DNA of 64,000 nt from Candidatus Spongiisociaceae bacterium (GTDB lineage Bacteria; Actinomycetota; Acidimicrobiia; Spongiisociales; Spongiisociaceae). The translations under genes were made by a program, and so were the position numbers. This document shows positions 62,902-64,000 of this stretch, piece by piece. The notes beneath the pieces are model-generated. The model searched no databases. It saw only the letters and a program-made list of their open reading frames with translations, and was not told the origin of the DNA. Every line of letters starts with the position of its first letter. Position 1 is the first letter of the stretch. The stretch lies in the NCBI GenBank assembly GCA_965219685.1, contig CBDCOH010000002.1, forward strand, positions 2,432,001 to 2,496,000, in the 5' to 3' direction.

Positions 62902-63953
62902 GGGGCGAGGAACGGCGGGAACGGAGCGAATTCGAGAGCATACCGCCGGAACCTATGGAGGGGGCGCGTCCTCCCGGTACCCGGAGGATGACGTACCTCG
63001 AGGCGATCAGCGATGGTCTGCGGACCGAGATGCGCCGGGATCCCAGCGTTCTGCTGATGGGTGAGGACATCGGTGGCGACTTCGGAGGCGCATTCAAAGT
63101 GACGAGGGGTTTCGAGGCTGAGTTCGGCGCCCACCGGGTCATCAACACGCCGATGGCTGAACTCGGCTTCATAGGAGCAGCAACCGGGATGGCGCTGATG
63201 GGACTGCGGCCCGTCATCGAGGTGCAGTTCGCCGACTTCATCTCGACCGGTTTCGACGCCATCGTGCAGTACGCAGCAACGACCCACTACCGCTGGGGGG
63301 GTTCGGTCCCCTGGGTGATCCGCGCTCCGGCTGACGGTGGCCTTCGTTCGGGCCCCTTCCACAGCCAGAACCCCGAAGCCTGGTTCGTGCACACCCCAGG
63401 CCTCAAGGTGGTGGCCCCGAGCACCCCCTCGGACGCCAAGGGCTTGCTGCTGGCCGCGATACGCGACAACAACCCGGTCATCTACTTCGAGTCGAAGCCC
63501 CTCTACCGGAGCCTCCGGGGGGAGGTTCCCCTGGGAGACGGTGCCGTTTCGATCGGAAAGGCCCGGATAGCCCGGGCCGGCTCCGACGTTACCGTTATCA
63601 GCTACGGCGAGATGGTGAGGCAGGCTGTTGCGGCGGCCGATCAGGTCAGCGCGGACATCTCAGCGGAAGTGATCGACATGCGCTCACTGAAACCGCTGGA
63701 CCGAGAGGCGATACTCAACTCGGTTCGCAGGACCGGCCGGGCAGTGGTGGTGCACGCCGCCAACCGGTTGAGCGGCATCGGGGCCGAGATCGCCGCCGAG
63801 TTGGGGGAACTTGCATTCGAGTACCTGGACGCGCCCATCAGCCGGTTGGGGGGTCTCGACATACCCGTTCCGTTCAGCCCGTCGTTGGAGGACGCCTATC
63901 GCCCCGATGCGGCCAGCATCGCCACCGCGATACGCGAGTCGGTCGCGTTCTAG
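62898..63953 (+). CDS. 2-oxoacid dehydrogenase E1 beta subunit
   Basis: MGEDIG, NTPMAE, QFADF, FHSQ, DAKGLL, DNNPV, IDMRSLKPLD, YLDAP; start uncertain (62898, 62955 or 62988). Confidence 0.92.
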   Translation: MRGEERRERSEFESIPPEPMEGARPPGTRRMTYLEAISDGLRTEMRRDPSVLLMGEDIGGDFGGAFKVTRGFEAEFGAHRVINTPMAELGFIGAATGMALMGLRPVIEVQFADFISTGFDAIVQYAATTHYRWGGSVPWVIRAPADGGLRSGPFHSQNPEAWFVHTPGLKVVAPSTPSDAKGLLLAAIRDNNPVIYFESKPLYRSLRGEVPLGDGAVSIGKARIARAGSDVTVISYGEMVRQAVAAADQVSADISAEVIDMRSLKPLDREAILNSVRRTGRAVVVHAANRLSGIGAEIAAELGELAFEYLDAPISRLGGLDIPVPFSPSLEDAYRPDAASIATAIRESVAF

Positions 63954-64000
63954 GCCGTTGCCCGTCGCCCGTGAACGGCTACCACACCTAATGGGGGTCC

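Noticed and set aside
1-64000. IS elements, integrases, prophage, tRNA or rRNA genes
   Set aside because: No transposase, integrase or phage motifs in the ORF track, and no tRNA or rRNA signatures seen by eye.

Overview
High-GC actinobacterial chromosome segment; the tmk-holB-topA order, AdnAB, the F420-type LLM enzyme and leaderless TANNNT promoters suggest an Acidimicrobiia-like organism (inference). 0.4-19.9 kb is an accessory metabolic island: ChrA-family transporter, PadR regulator, F420-type oxidoreductase, Bcr/CflA MFS, stand-alone CCG Fe-S protein, DapD, TPP decarboxylase, acyl-CoA dehydrogenase, DAP-aminotransferase-like enzyme, MmgE/PrpD, two Asp/Glu-racemase paralogs, two-subunit aconitase X and three tandem divergent Ldh_2 enzymes. 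Its promoters share the palindrome CCGATATCGG, which suggests one regulon for an uncharacterised pathway. 20-64 kb is mostly core genome: OMT, holB, tmk, MFS, topA, a complete nuoA-N operon with fused nuoE-nuoF, two acyl-CoA ligases, a RecB-family nuclease, gdh, DUF1015, adnAB, dtd, plsB and E1 alpha/beta. Main non-coding signals: (1) six junctions with inward-facing G/T-rich and C/A-rich heptamer arrays, usually fused to stop codons; (2) a ~430-nt structured RNA candidate with its own promoter and terminator at 48.58-49.01 kb; (3) two PafBC/RecA-NDp-like promoters driving the nuclease and a 47-aa LAA-ended ORF ahead of adnAB. Two genes look disrupted: a frameshifted aspartic protease and an MFS gene with an in-frame TAG. 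All calls come from reading motifs by eye; no database searches were run.
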